Below, in pieces: positions 35,025 to 46,800 of a stretch of DNA of 64,000 nucleotides. Within the stretch, counting starts at the first letter, position 1; the number at the start of each line of letters is the position of its first letter. Source of the DNA: Thecamonas trahens ATCC 50062 (taxonomy: Eukaryota; Protista; Apusomonadida); the NCBI RefSeq assembly GCF_000142905.1, contig NW_013657634.1:1-64000 (forward strand), given 5' to 3'. The notes under the pieces are model-generated. The model saw only the letters and a program-made list of their open reading frames with translations, made no database searches and was not told the DNA's origin. Both the position numbers and the translations under genes were made by a program.

Positions 35025-35858
35025 GTGCCGGCCGAGTCGCGCGCTCCGGCTCCGCCGCCGTCGCGATCGGCTGTCTCGACCTCGTATGGCCTGCGGAGTC
35101 ATCCGCCGCAAGCTCCGCCGCGGGCTCCGGATGCTGCTGCGGGTCCTCGCGGAGGGCGGGCGCTGCGTGCCCGCTTCCGCACCGCCCAAGCCGAGTCGTC
35201 GCACGGCCCGCCGCCCGAATGGGGCCGGGGTGTGGAGCACACTCCGGGATTCTGGAAGCACGAGGGCATCACTCCGCTGGCCTCGTACCGCAAGCGGATC
35301 CGTGCTCTCCCGCGCTCCGCCCGGCTCGTCCTTGCCGCCCGCAAGGCCTCGGCCGCCCGCTCATCGCAGCGCTCGATGCCGTTCACGGACCGTGTCGCCA
35401 TCCGCCAGCGCGATGAGGCTGTGCAGGCCGTCCGCGCCCTCGATGCCTGGTCGCCGTCGCGCATGGCTGGCGCCTCCACCGCGGCCGCTGCCTTTATGAG
35501 CGGCCTCGGCGCAGCCTCACCTGACCCGAATCCCGACGCCGACGCCGACCCGCAGCCTGCTCGGTCGGGCTCGCGGTCGCGCGACGCCGAGTCGCAGGCG
35601 TCCGACACCTCATCCGAGGCCTCGTTCTCTGAGGAGATCATCGCCCGCCAAGCGCAAGAACGGCTCAATCGCCGCATCCGGCGGGCACAGGCTCGCCGCA
35701 AGCGCCGCAAGCGACTGGTGGTCATCGACACCGCCGACGACGATGACCCCGGAACCGACATGGCCCTTGCCGACGCCACCGACGTCGTCTCGGATCTCTC
35801 GCGCAAGCTCTCCATCGCCTCCACCCCCGTCTTCCAGCGCCTCTTGCGGTACGGCTGA
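35025..35858 (+). CDS. hypothetical basic/low-complexity protein (probably a downstream exon)
   Basis: 277-aa ORF with coding-like codon usage, preceded by a C-rich intron-like tract. Confidence 0.4.
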   Translation: MPAESRAPAPPPSRSAVSTSYGLRSHPPQAPPRAPDAAAGPRGGRALRARFRTAQAESSHGPPPEWGRGVEHTPGFWKHEGITPLASYRKRIRALPRSARLVLAARKASAARSSQRSMPFTDRVAIRQRDEAVQAVRALDAWSPSRMAGASTAAAAFMSGLGAASPDPNPDADADPQPARSGSRSRDAESQASDTSSEASFSEEIIARQAQERLNRRIRRAQARRKRRKRLVVIDTADDDDPGTDMALADATDVVSDLSRKLSIASTPVFQRLLRYG

Positions 35859-36569
35859 TGGCCTGCCTGCTTCCCTCCTGCCGTGCCGGGGCAGTCCGTT
35901 GAGCGGGACACCGAACAAATTGCCAGCGAACAAACGATTGCCGTCGACAGTGCATTCCTCTCTCTTCGGTGTAGGCAGGCGGCGGGGAAGAGCAAGCGGA
36001 AGCGGAAGCAGTCGGAGCCAACGAACCGTCCATCGGCCACGACTCCACCCAGCCATCCCCTACCACTATCACCCACTGCTACGACTGCCACAACTGCCAA
36101 CCAACCACTCTTCATCTCCATCCCATCCCTGCCCCCCCCCCCCCCCACCTCTGTATTTTTTTTTATATATATATATATATCGAGCGACTGCGCCGCAGCT
36201 TCGAACATGCATGCCTTGCGAGCCGGCCCCATGCTGCTCGTCGACAACGCCTTAGTAGAATGCCCATCGCCACTGACAACCGAGTCGGCTCATAGAGGGC
36301 CCGAGGCGGCGTAGACTCGCCGGAGCGGGGGTCCCAGGCCCGGGCGGTCTCGTCGAGCTCGGCGCCCCAGGCCATATGCTCCAAAACCGCAGCAGAAGGC
36401 TAGAAACANNNNNNNNNNNNNNNNNNNNNNNNNNNNNNNNNNNNNNNNNNNNNNNNNNNNNNNNNNNNNNNNNNNNNNNNNNNNNNNNNNNNNNNNNNNN
36501 NNNNNNNNCCCTCCCCCGCCCCCTCCCCTCACCTCCTTCACTTCCTTTTGCTCCAGCCAGTGACCAGTC

Positions 36570-38965
36570 ATGACTTGGAACGGTACTGCGGGTGCCGATG
36601 GCTGGCGTGTGGGCGGTGCTGTACCTGTGTCTCCCCCTCTTCCTCCTCCTCCTTCTGCTGCTGCTGTTGTGGTCGGCTCTGTAGCTTCTGCTGGCGCAGC
36701 TGCTGCCGAGGCAGCTGCCTGGTCGGTCTCCGCCTGGCCCGCTCAGCCACCACAAGCCGCACCTGCCACCCAAGCGTACTCGCCGCACCACTCGCCGGCC
36801 GATGCCCTACTGCTGCCGCTGAGCGCTGTCGCGGAAGCAAGACGGGCTGGCACCAATCCTGCCTCGCCGCACGGCCGACGCTCATCGCGGCGGTCCAAGG
36901 GACGATCCAAGTCGCGGCGGCGGAGCACAGGTACTGGCGGGGCCCGTGGGGCGAGCCGCACTGCGGCAAAGGGCCGCGCATCGGCATCCAAGTCGCCTAT
37001 GGCCGCCGCTCACCTCCATTCACCGCACTCGTCCAACTACACCACCCATAACTCTGCCCCGCAGCAGCAACCGCAGCACGAGCAGCGGAGAGCGCGGTCG
37101 CTCGGCCCAAGATCATCGGTCCGTAGCCCCAGCTCCGGCCGACCGCACGCGAGCAGCGGCAAGGCTGCGGTCACGGCGCCGCCGGCCATCCGAGCAGATG
37201 CCACCGCTGAGGAGCTCCGGCTCCGGCTGCGCAACGTCATGATGAAGTGCCAGACCGCCGAGGCCCGCCGCGAGGCTGCAGAGGCCGGGCGTGCGCAGGT
37301 TGTGGCCCGTGTTAAGCTCCTCGAGCTGGAACTGGGCGAGACGCGCCGCCGGGCTGTCCGGGGCGGAATCAGCGTGAGCGACGAAGAGGCCGCCGCTGCA
37401 GTCGCTGCCGAGCAGGCTGCCGAGCTGACAGAGCTGCATCACGCTCTAGAGCGCGCCGAGTCGCAGATGGCTCACATGCAGACCGAGCTAGAGGCAACTC
37501 GCGAGGCTGCCGCAGCCATGGAAGTCTCGCTTGCAGCCGCTCGCGCCGAAACCGCCGCAGAGCGCAAGGCCAAGGCCGAGCTGGCAGCCCAGCTGAGCGA
37601 GGCACAGGAGGCACAAAAGGCCATTGCAGAAGCCCATGCCTGGCACGGCAATCGCATGGTTGATCAGCTCGAGTCTGCCGGAACTGAAGTTGCCCGCCTC
37701 ACCACAGAGGTTACTGTTCTCCGTGCTGCTACCGAGGCTGCAGCCAAGAAGGCCAAGGTCGAATCTGCGGCTGCCGATGAGGCTCGCAACCATGTCACTC
37801 TGCTCGAAACCGAGCTTCAGCACGCCCACATCGCCGCCGACCGTCTCCGTAGCGAGCTCACCGACGAGCGCATTTCTGTCGATCGCCTCCGCCGCGAGGT
37901 GCTCGAGGCCAACGAGCGCATCCAGGCGCTCACCTCTGACATCCGGCTCCGCGAAGACGAGGCCTACCACCGGCCGCAGCAGCAGCAGCAGGATCCGCTC
38001 GAGTATGAGTCCGAGTCCGACGGAGGCGATGAAGACGACGCCGCCGGCGACGGTGACAATGCCGGCTCCGGCGAAGCCGAGGCCCCGGCCGCCACGCGGG
38101 GGGCAACATCCAGGGCCGAGTCGACGCCCTCTTGGCCGAGCTGCATCATTTGGAAGCGCTTCATGCAGCGGCGCAGCAAGATCAAGGCGAGGCCAACGAG
38201 CACGACGGGAGCCCAGCACCGCCAAGCAGAGAACAGGCGAACGGGTCGGGCTGGTCGTCCGGGGCCGAAGACGAGCCGGCGTCGCCGGTCGAGTTGCCGC
38301 CGCGGGCAGCTTCGCCGCCGCCGCCCGCTCCGCGAGCGCCGCGAGCCACACAGGGCGCTGCCGCCGGCGACCACCAGTCGACAGCGGCTCGTGTTGCGGC
38401 GGCGCGGCGGGCGGCCATGCGCGCGATGCCCGGGCGGATGGCTCCACGAGACAAGCCCAAGCCGCGGCGGATACCACCACGGGCGGCTCACGCGGGGCGT
38501 AGTGGCACTGGCGAACGGCCGACGCCGGTCGCCCGGGCACGGCCGAGGTTCCCCGGTGTGCTGCAGTCATTTGACACGGCGTCGGCGCAACTCTCGCTCT
38601 CTGACTGCGACATCGGGTCCGACGAGCTTGCCGCCCATGGCGAGGAGGACGATCTCAACGACGAGAGCAACGGAACAGCTGTCGACCGCGACGCGTTCAC
38701 ATCGAGCGACTCTGTGCAGCCGACGCTGGTGCCAACCCGCTACAGGGCTGCAGTTCACCAACTGCCTGCCAAGGATCGCGGACTTACGCAGACGTTTCCA
38801 GCGCCGGCCGATGACGAGGAGTTTATGGCGTACGACACGGCGCTGGCAGCGGCGCAGACCCGCGAGCGGCCAGTTATCAATTCGGGCTCGTCGTTGAGCT
38901 CGGGCTCCAGCTCGGGCTCTTGCTCAGGTGCTGGCGGCGGCGGTAACCCGATGTACGATTACTAG
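36570..38965 (+). CDS. coiled-coil protein, hypothetical; frameshift at the G6 run ~38098-38103
   Basis: Long heptad region at 37200-37960. Adding one G joins ORF 36570.. to the frame of ORF 38132..38965 (RGGNIQGRVDALLAELHHLE). Confidence 0.65.
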
Positions 38966-38980
38966 CCGAGTTCGAGGTCA

Positions 38981-39638
38981 CTAGCGGAATGAGGCATGCG
39001 CCTTCCAGAAAGCCACCGATGCAGCGTACTTTCGGGATCGAGCGCAACGCCCGAGCCGCCCGACTCTGTACCGAGCGCATTGCGCATCATGGTGATGGGG
39101 TTCATGGGGATCTCGTAGTTCACAGCCTGGCCCTTGATGGAGATGATGCCCCAGTCGTACGAGTCTGCCGGCGGAGGCGGGTCACCGGATGGCATGGCCT
39201 CGTGCTCCTTGGCGATCTGGGCCGAGGAATAGAGGATGATGTCAAGAAAGTCGGCCTTGGGCACGGTGATGGCGTCTGCCGGGAACCAGCGGTCCAGGAC
39301 GGGGAGCTCCTCGGGCGGCGGGCGAGGTAGCCTGAGCGGAGCAGGTGCTCGTTGTCGTCTGTGATGGGGACGGCACCGACGGTGGCCGAGGTAAAGTTGG
39401 GCATAAAGATGTGCTTGCAGAACTCGGCATAGCCATCAACAAGCACAGGCTCTGCAGCAAAATGGTCGATGACCGCCGCCACAAAGGCCTCCTTGTCCAC
39501 CCCGGTCAGCCGCGTCCCCGAGTACTCGGCGTTGTCAAACTGGCGAAAGGCAAACGGGTCGAGCCGGAACCGCAGGCCACCGGCGCTCCGAATGCCCGAC
39601 GCCAGTGCTGCTGCAGACACAGACGCAGGCGCAGACAT
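38981..39638 (-). CDS. DUF3228-family protein; two apparent -1 frameshifts (~39314, ~39031)
   Basis: LDPFAFRQF, LVDGYAEFCKHIF.PNF, LLRSGY.AR.|EELPVL.RWF, LDIILYS..QI.KE, WGIISIK.Q....PM.PITMMRNALG...GGSGV.LD.|KY.ASV.FW..HA, stop at 38981-38983. Confidence 0.85.
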
Positions 39639-39877
39639 GATGTACAATAATACCTTCCGTGACTGTGAGAATGAACCTGCTTCTGTTGGAGTGTAATGTG
39701 GGTAGCTGCGCCTGTTTGTCTCTCCGCACGCCCCGGACCGCCCCTCCCCCCTGAGTCTGACCGCCCCTCTGTTGAACCCGAATCGACGGAATCGGAACGA
39801 ACCCGATGGAAGCGGCCGGGAAAGCGAGGGGCTCTGTGGCTATTCGTCAAGGGCCAGGGGAGAAGGGCCTGATCAAA

Positions 39878-39983
39878 GCATGGCATGACATAACCTGATC
39901 AAAACATGACATAGCATGACGTGGCATGGCCTGATCAGGGCATGGCATGGCATGGCGTGGCATGAGGGCATGGCATGACATGA
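39878..39983. repeat. degenerate pentanucleotide repeat (CATGG/CATGA)n
   Basis: Directly visible between the divergent DUF3228 and FYVE-like genes. Confidence 0.7.
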
Positions 39984-40240
39984 GGAGATGACACGGCAGC
40001 AGTGCACCGCATCCATTTACCGCATCTGAGCCTGATATGAGCGCTGGATCAAGTCACAACATCAAAGGGCACACACTGTCACAGCTCGGTTGGTGGCAGT
40101 TTAGACGGTCTCCATGTCGCGGAGGCGGTTGCAGTACTCGATGACGCCGTCGACAGCAGAATCAACGTTGATGTTCACGTCCCAGGTCCGCACACCATCG
40201 TCGATCCACGCATCCGTCAGCCGAGGCCAACTGCTCTCTC

Positions 40241-41899
40241 GTGGACAAGGCCATACCCATGGCAAGACGTGATGTGAGCGAGCGGTTCATGCGCGCTCGA
40301 GGACAGCACCTGTTTGTGGCTCATGCACTCGAGAGCCAAGTCGCGGCTCTGCTCACCGGGCCGCGGTCACCGCGAGCACAGGCCGATGTCCGCCAACCAT
40401 GCGGCTCGTGCGGATCACAAGCTGAAGGAGGCTCTGGAGGACGTGCTGCTGGCAGCGGTGGACTGAGGCATCTGGGCAAGATTGGCCGGTTTGTGCGGAG
40501 CACGACAAGCAAGCTGAGTCAACGGATGGCGGTCCACGGCTGCGATCTGTGCGGCTGCAGGCTCTGCGCCTCGGTTGCCTGCTGCGCCCGAGTTGATCTT
40601 GCTGATCCGGCCTTTGCGCTCGTCGCGACAGGGGACGGTGACGCAAGCAGGGATGCTAACGCCGAGGTTGAAGACGAGTGGGAGATGGTTCACGCGCCCG
40701 GTGTCATCGGAGTGTGCGCCACCTGCCGCGCCGGCCTGGCACGCGTGGAAAGCCGGGCGGTGCGGCGGGCGGCGGCCCGGAAAGCTGCGCGCGATACAGA
40801 GCGTCTGCGCGAGCTCAATGCCACTCTACGCGATGCTCGCGCATTTGTGGAGAGCCGAGTGGGCGAGTATCTGGCGCTCGTGGACGAGCTCGACGAGCTT
40901 CCGGTGTTTGTGGGCGACAGCGCGGCAAGGACAGCGGCGGCGGCGCACGGAACAGCGACGTCCGAGGCGGCGCTGGCGCTGCAGAGCCAGATCTCGACAG
41001 TACTCAAGGGCATGTCCGAAGGCATTGGACTTGTTAAGAGTCACGCGGCCGAGCTGGCGGCAACGCGTGGCGGCGCCGTGGTGCGAACGGCGCGCAAGAT
41101 GAGCTTCGCCTACGCCGAGTTTCTCCACGAGCGGCTGCCGACGTTCCGGCGGGCGGTGAAGCGGCTGACGGCTGCTGAGCGATCGGTGTCATCGGTGGTG
41201 TACATGATGCTCAAGCGAACACTGGTTGAAGGCCAGGAGTATCCGCTGTTTGTGCGCGAGCTTGGCGCCGCGTTTGTCGACACGCTCAAGGACTTACTGC
41301 GCGAGATGCGGCGGACGGTGCAGGTGACCGGCGAGTCGTGGCCAGACCATCTGGCAGCCATGGAGACCATGGTCGCCAGGTGGGATCCGCCGCTGCTGGC
41401 AACTCGAGCGTCGACAGTGAGTCTCGTTGCGGCGATGCAAGCAGGCGGCGCGGACAATACCGTCGACGCCGACTTGGCTGGAGACGACGATGCTGCGGCG
41501 TCAAGCGAGCCTTGCAGCGATGACGACGACTTTCTTGACGAGCTTGATCGCATGCTGGACGAGATGGATGCTCGCGCGGTAGAGCACTCTGCTGAAATGG
41601 GCCACGGTGCTGCGCCTGCCGTCAACAACGACGACGACTGCCTAGAGCAGCTGTGGGTGCTGGTGCGGGTAGAGGAGGTGGTCGGATCATCCGCGGCGCA
41701 GCTGCGAAGCAAGGTCGGGAGCGCGCGACTGCCGCGGGCACAGCGCGGGCTGGCGAATCTGCACGAGCTTGTCATTGCGGCAGGCTTGAGTGTCGACGCT
41801 GATGCCTGGGCGGCGCTGCGCGAGGCGGCGGCGGCAGCGCGGGAAACGCGACGACGCGGCGAGGACGTGGTCGACTCGGACGGGTTTGTGCTTGTGTAA
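40241..41899 (+). CDS. FYVE-like zinc finger + helical domain protein
   Basis: CGSC ... HGCDLCGCRLCASVACC ... VCATC spacing, followed by coiled coil. The basic RRHHCR patch is degenerate and the start is uncertain. Confidence 0.6.
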   Translation: MDKAIPMARRDVSERFMRARGQHLFVAHALESQVAALLTGPRSPRAQADVRQPCGSCGSQAEGGSGGRAAGSGGLRHLGKIGRFVRSTTSKLSQRMAVHGCDLCGCRLCASVACCARVDLADPAFALVATGDGDASRDANAEVEDEWEMVHAPGVIGVCATCRAGLARVESRAVRRAAARKAARDTERLRELNATLRDARAFVESRVGEYLALVDELDELPVFVGDSAARTAAAAHGTATSEAALALQSQISTVLKGMSEGIGLVKSHAAELAATRGGAVVRTARKMSFAYAEFLHERLPTFRRAVKRLTAAERSVSSVVYMMLKRTLVEGQEYPLFVRELGAAFVDTLKDLLREMRRTVQVTGESWPDHLAAMETMVARWDPPLLATRASTVSLVAAMQAGGADNTVDADLAGDDDAAASSEPCSDDDDFLDELDRMLDEMDARAVEHSAEMGHGAAPAVNNDDDCLEQLWVLVRVEEVVGSSAAQLRSKVGSARLPRAQRGLANLHELVIAAGLSVDADAWAALREAAAAARETRRRGEDVVDSDGFVLV

Positions 41900-41966
41900 A
41901 GTGTAAAGAGAGAGGGCTACAACAGTTTATGGTGCATCATCACTCGGGACAAGAGTCGGGGAGCGC

Positions 41967-42573
41967 TCAGTCCTCGAGCGGCGGCGGGCCATCGTCTTCG
42001 TCGAGGCCGGGGATGCCACCGTCGTCCGAGTCGTCGTCCGAGTCGGCGGGGCCGCCCATGCCGGGCATGCCGCCCATGCCGCCCATGCCAGGCATGCCAG
42101 GCATGCCAGGCATGCCGCCGGCACCGCCGCCCATGGAGGCCATCAGTGACTGCAGGTCCATGCCGCCGGGCATGCCGCCGCCCATGCCGCCGCCCATGCC
42201 AAAGTCGCCAAGGCCGGCGTCGTCAGCCTCGTCCTCCTCATCCGAGTCGACGTACTTGGACCAGTCGGTGTTGAGCCACTGAGCCTTGAGCTTGTTCTTG
42301 GTCAGACGCGGCCAGTGCGAGCCCTCCTCCTTGCGCATAAGAAGGAACTCGACCTGACGCGGGCGGACAACAAACGAGGACTTCTCGGCATCGATAGCCT
42401 CAAAGAACTCAATGTCAGCCTTGTACGACTGCGAGTCGGTCCCGGCCACAGCCTCAAACTCGAGCTTTTCGTCAGTCAGCGAGATCTTCTCATCCTTGAC
42501 GTCCTGCAGAGCAATGGTGAGGAAGACGCGGTCCTTGCGCTGAGCCCACTTGATGGGAGCAAAGTTGTCCGTG
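41967..42573 (-). CDS. p23/Sba1/Wos2 Hsp90 co-chaperone (CS domain), last exon; first exon not located
   Basis: PIKWAQRKDRVFLTI, WPRLTK, WLNTDWSKYVDSDEED, Gly/Met-rich acidic tail; AG acceptor at 42574-42575. Confidence 0.9.
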
Positions 42574-43519
42574 CTGTCCACACACACACACACAGTTACC
42601 AGACCCAACCCCAACCCCCCGCAAATACACCACTCTCGTGAGTCTTCCCCCAACCCATCCATACACTCCATGTACTTGCCGCGGCTGCCAATTCGACCTG
42701 AGACCAATGCGACCACCACCACGACCTGCCGCGCCACCACGACACGACCTGCCGCGCCGCCACCACGTCCGTCCAAAGGGGGGGGGGGGGGGGGGNNNNN
42801 NNNNNNNNNNNNNNNNNNNNNNNNNNNNNNNNNNNNNNNNNNNNNNNNNNNNNNNNNNNNNNNNNNNNNNNNNNNNNNNNNNNNNNNNNNNNNNNCCCCC
42901 CCCCTCCCCCTCCCCTCCCCCCTTCCCGAAGCAAAGAAACCAAACATTCTTGAAGGTTTGGCTCCATCACCGTAGCACACACCCACCCTCCCCCTCCCCT
43001 CCCCCCCTCCCTCCCCTCCAACCCTAACCCTAACCCTAACCCAAGCACACCACCGAACCATGCCCGTTCCCCCCACCCCCCTACCCCTCTTGCTCCATCT
43101 CTTCTTCCCCTTGCCTACCTCATCTGCTTCAGTTGAGAGTGCGGTGTGGCTTGGTGGGGCTGGCGTTCAGAGTGTGGACGACCTGCGGAAGGGGAGGAGG
43201 GGGGGGGGGGGGAGGGGGGATCAGGATCACGGTCAGGAACAGACGAGGGAGGAGGGAAGGGGGGGGGGGAGGGGGGGAGGGGGGGGGAGGGGGAGGGAGA
43301 GTACCCCATGTCTGTTTGTGGGCGGTGAGAAAGATCGGAATAGGAATCGGGGGAGATCGGGACATGGGCCATGGGCCTCCGGGGGCTGGGAGGGTGTAGA
43401 GCTAGGATCGGGACCAGGAAGGGGGTGAGGGGGGCGGGAAAGGAGGGGAGAGGAGATAGGGGAAGGAAGCAGTGCGCGTGTGCTTGTGTCTGTGTCTGTG
43501 TGTGTGTGTTACGGTGAGC

Positions 43520-43610
43520 GGGATCGGTATCGGTATCGGTATCGGTATCGGTATCGGTATCGGTATCGGTATCGAGACCGGGATTGAGATCGGAATCGGG
43601 ATCAGAATCA
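43520..43610. repeat. (TATCGG)n hexanucleotide microsatellite
   Basis: About 8 perfect copies followed by degenerate copies. Confidence 0.9.
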
Positions 43611-43824
43611 GGGGGGGAGGAGAGAGAGAGTACGTGTATATATATAAGTCACAAAGAGTGTTCATTGAAACCGCTAGCTGAGCTGAAGGACCACTGGGCC
43701 TGTGTCCCAGAGCTTTCGTGGCTGGGTGAGCAAGCCGCCGGACGAGCTACCGACGAACCCACGCCCTGCCTGCCAACACCACCTACCACGACTTTGACAC
43801 TCCTCTGTCCGCAGGGTGAGGACC

Positions 43825-46800
43825 ATGTCAAGCCAGCAGAGTGTGCAAGTACGTCCCTCCTTTCACTTTCCCTCCCCTTCCCCCTTTCCTTCTTCAATTC
43901 CCCCCCACCTCAACCCCTGTGTCCATGCCCCCCCCTTCTTCCCCCCCCCCCCCCACGACGACTTGCCCCGAATCAGGTTTACCCCAAACCCAAGCACAGG
44001 GGGGAGGGGAAGGGGAAGGGGGGGTACTAGGGTACTTGGGGGGTGATTGTGTACAAGCAAGAGTACCACACCATCTCCCCCTCCTCTCTCTCTCTCTCTC
44101 CCCCCCCCCCCTCCTCCTCCTGTCGTTGTCTCGTCCGTTCCTGGTGGGTGCCGACAGGCGACAAAAAGTGGTTGCGGCCGGTGATTCTGCCTGACCATGA
44201 GCCATGACCATGATCATGACTCTCTTGACCACCATCATGATCATGACCACCATCATGATGGACATCGCTAGTAGTAGCAGAAGAGTCTACATGCTTAGTC
44301 AAGGGAACGGGAGGAGACTGGGACTGTGGGCTTTGGCCGTGTCCGGGGGGGGGGGGGGGGGGGAGGATCACTTGGTGGCATCGGCGTGAGCCTGACTGGC
44401 TGGCTGGATGGTGGGATGGCTGGCTGGCTCCGGAATGCAGACCCATGTACCATTACATGGACAGCAACCGGTCACCAAAGGCCCTTGTCTTCATCATCAG
44501 ATGGTATTCCTCGGAATGTATCGCTCTCCCTGTCTCCCATCACACCCCCCCCCCCATCCCGCTCCTGGCAATCACGTACACTCACTCACCCCTTATCTGT
44601 TACTGGTGTTGTAGACCTTGCGCAAAGGTGCTGTGCTTGAAGGTGTATTGTTCAAGGTCGGTTCAAAGCACCGCAACTGGCGGAAGCGAGTCTTTGTGCT
44701 GCGGCCGGATGGCATGTTGTACTACTTCAAGTCTGCCAAGTCCAAGGAGCCTGCCGGAGTGCTCCAGTGTGAGGGCTACCAGGTTGTCGACTACACGGGA
44801 CGGAAGCATGGATTTGCACTTGAGAAGGCGCACGATCCATCTGCGCGGGTCTGGCTCTTTGCCGCGCTCTCGACGGCAGAGCAGGAGCGATGGATGCGCA
44901 AGCTGGCGGTGGCTGTCCTCGGCATCGAGTTTGGTGACCCACTGAACATGGAGGATCCACCGCTGGAGATCATTGTGGACGCGGTATACTCGTGGCTCGG
45001 TCCAATGCTTGCCGAGCGCAACGTGACAGTCTCACGCGTGGCCGACGACTTTTGCGATGGAGTCATCCTGCTGCACGTGATGGAGATCATCCGGTACCTC
45101 ACTGCGGATGTCTTCCACTCGTCACCGCGGACACGGACGCAAAAGCTGGACAACCTGCGAACTGCACTCAACATGGCCGACGACATGCGTGTCCCGCGCG
45201 ACCGGGCCGAGGTCTCTGCCGCCGCCATTGTCGACGGCCTGGTGTCGGAGGAGCAGCTTGTCCGGTACCTGTTTAGTGTGATGAAGCGGCAGCGCGAAAT
45301 GTCGACGACGCTCTCCACCTCAGGCTCGTTGCTAGCGCTGCGCGATGGCAGCTCGCTGGCGTCGACAGCGCGTCTGGGCGCGCGGGCCGGGCTGTACCGG
45401 CCGGCGGTGCGGACGTCGATGGTCCAGTCAGCTGACATGGACGTGGAGGCGCTGGCGGCAGCAGTGACAAACGGCGATGCGGATGAAGCCTTTGGCAAGA
45501 ACCTCGACGGCTCGGGTGACATCGGACCCGAGTACTCGATTTGCATTTCAGGGCCCGAGTGCGGCAAGTCGTCGCTGGTGACGAGGTGGATGACCGGGAC
45601 GTACGACGACTCGGAGTTCCGCGACTACGATCCTACGCTCGAGGACTTTTCCTCGCACAAGGTCATGGTCGACGGCAACGTGGCGTCGTGCGCAGTGCTA
45701 GACACCTCGGGCGTGCTGACGAACCTGCCACTGGTGCGGTCGTCGTACGCCTCGTCATCAGTCTTTGTCCTCATGTACGCCATTCCCGACAGTGACTCGT
45801 TCCACGCCATGACTCGGTTCTTCGACGCCCTGCTCGAGGTCCACTTTGCCAAGGTTCACGGGCCAAAGCGCAAGTTCGCGGCCAAGGACGTGGTTATTCC
45901 GCCGCTGGTCATTGTGGGGCACAAAGTCGATCAGTGGCGGTCCCGCGGCTTGCCGCAGCGTGCCGCCCACAACTTTGCCGAGGCCATCCAGCGGCCATAC
46001 CTCGAGGCGTCGGCGGCGAGTGACATCAACACCAAGGAGGTCTTTGCCTGGGCCATCCGCGAGTCGAACGTCTCCAAGGGCCAGCTCTGGGTCGACTCTC
46101 CAATGTACTACGATCCGGTGCCCGACGAGGCGCTTGTGCTCCCGTCGACCGACGACGTTATCTTCCGCCCGCCCGAGGACTTTGCCTTTCCCTCGGTCTC
46201 GTTTGCAACGCTCCGCGGCCTGATCGAGCAGATGGCCAATCCGCACTACATGAACATGTCGTTTGTGGAGTCGATGCTCATGGTCCTCGACCAGTTTGCC
46301 ACCCCGCTCGAGGTCGCCACCCTCCTTGTTGCCCGCCTCAAAGACAAGTCGACCAAGTGGTCGGACGACTCGGGCGAGAACGCGCTGATGCGGACCACTG
46401 TTCGCATCCGCGTCTTCCGGGTCCTCTACACCTGGATTCGCTGGTTCCCGCACCTCTGGATCAAGAACAAGCCAATGATCACGCTCCTCGGCACCGCGGT
46501 CAAGATCCTCAAAAAGGCCAAGGGCTGCAAGTTTCCGTGGATCTTCCTCCGCCGAGTCCATAAGGAGATCAAGGACAAGTCGGCCGACGTGGCGTCGTTC
46601 AAGGCGACACTCGCCGAGATCGACGGCCCGCTGCCAGGTGCTCCGATGTGGATTGCCGCTGGGAGCGGCGCCAACCAGGAGGCCGACGCTTCGCTGTGGG
46701 AGCAAGACGGCTCTGGCTGGCGCTGCCCAGTCACTGGCGTGCTGATCCAGGGCTCGACCGCGCCACCACACGCCATCCGCTCGCCGCGCCTCGCTGCGCT

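Noticed and set aside
43019-43042. (CCCTAA)3 telomere-like repeat
   Set aside because: Only about 3 copies inside a low-complexity C-rich tract; insufficient for a telomere or interstitial telomeric call
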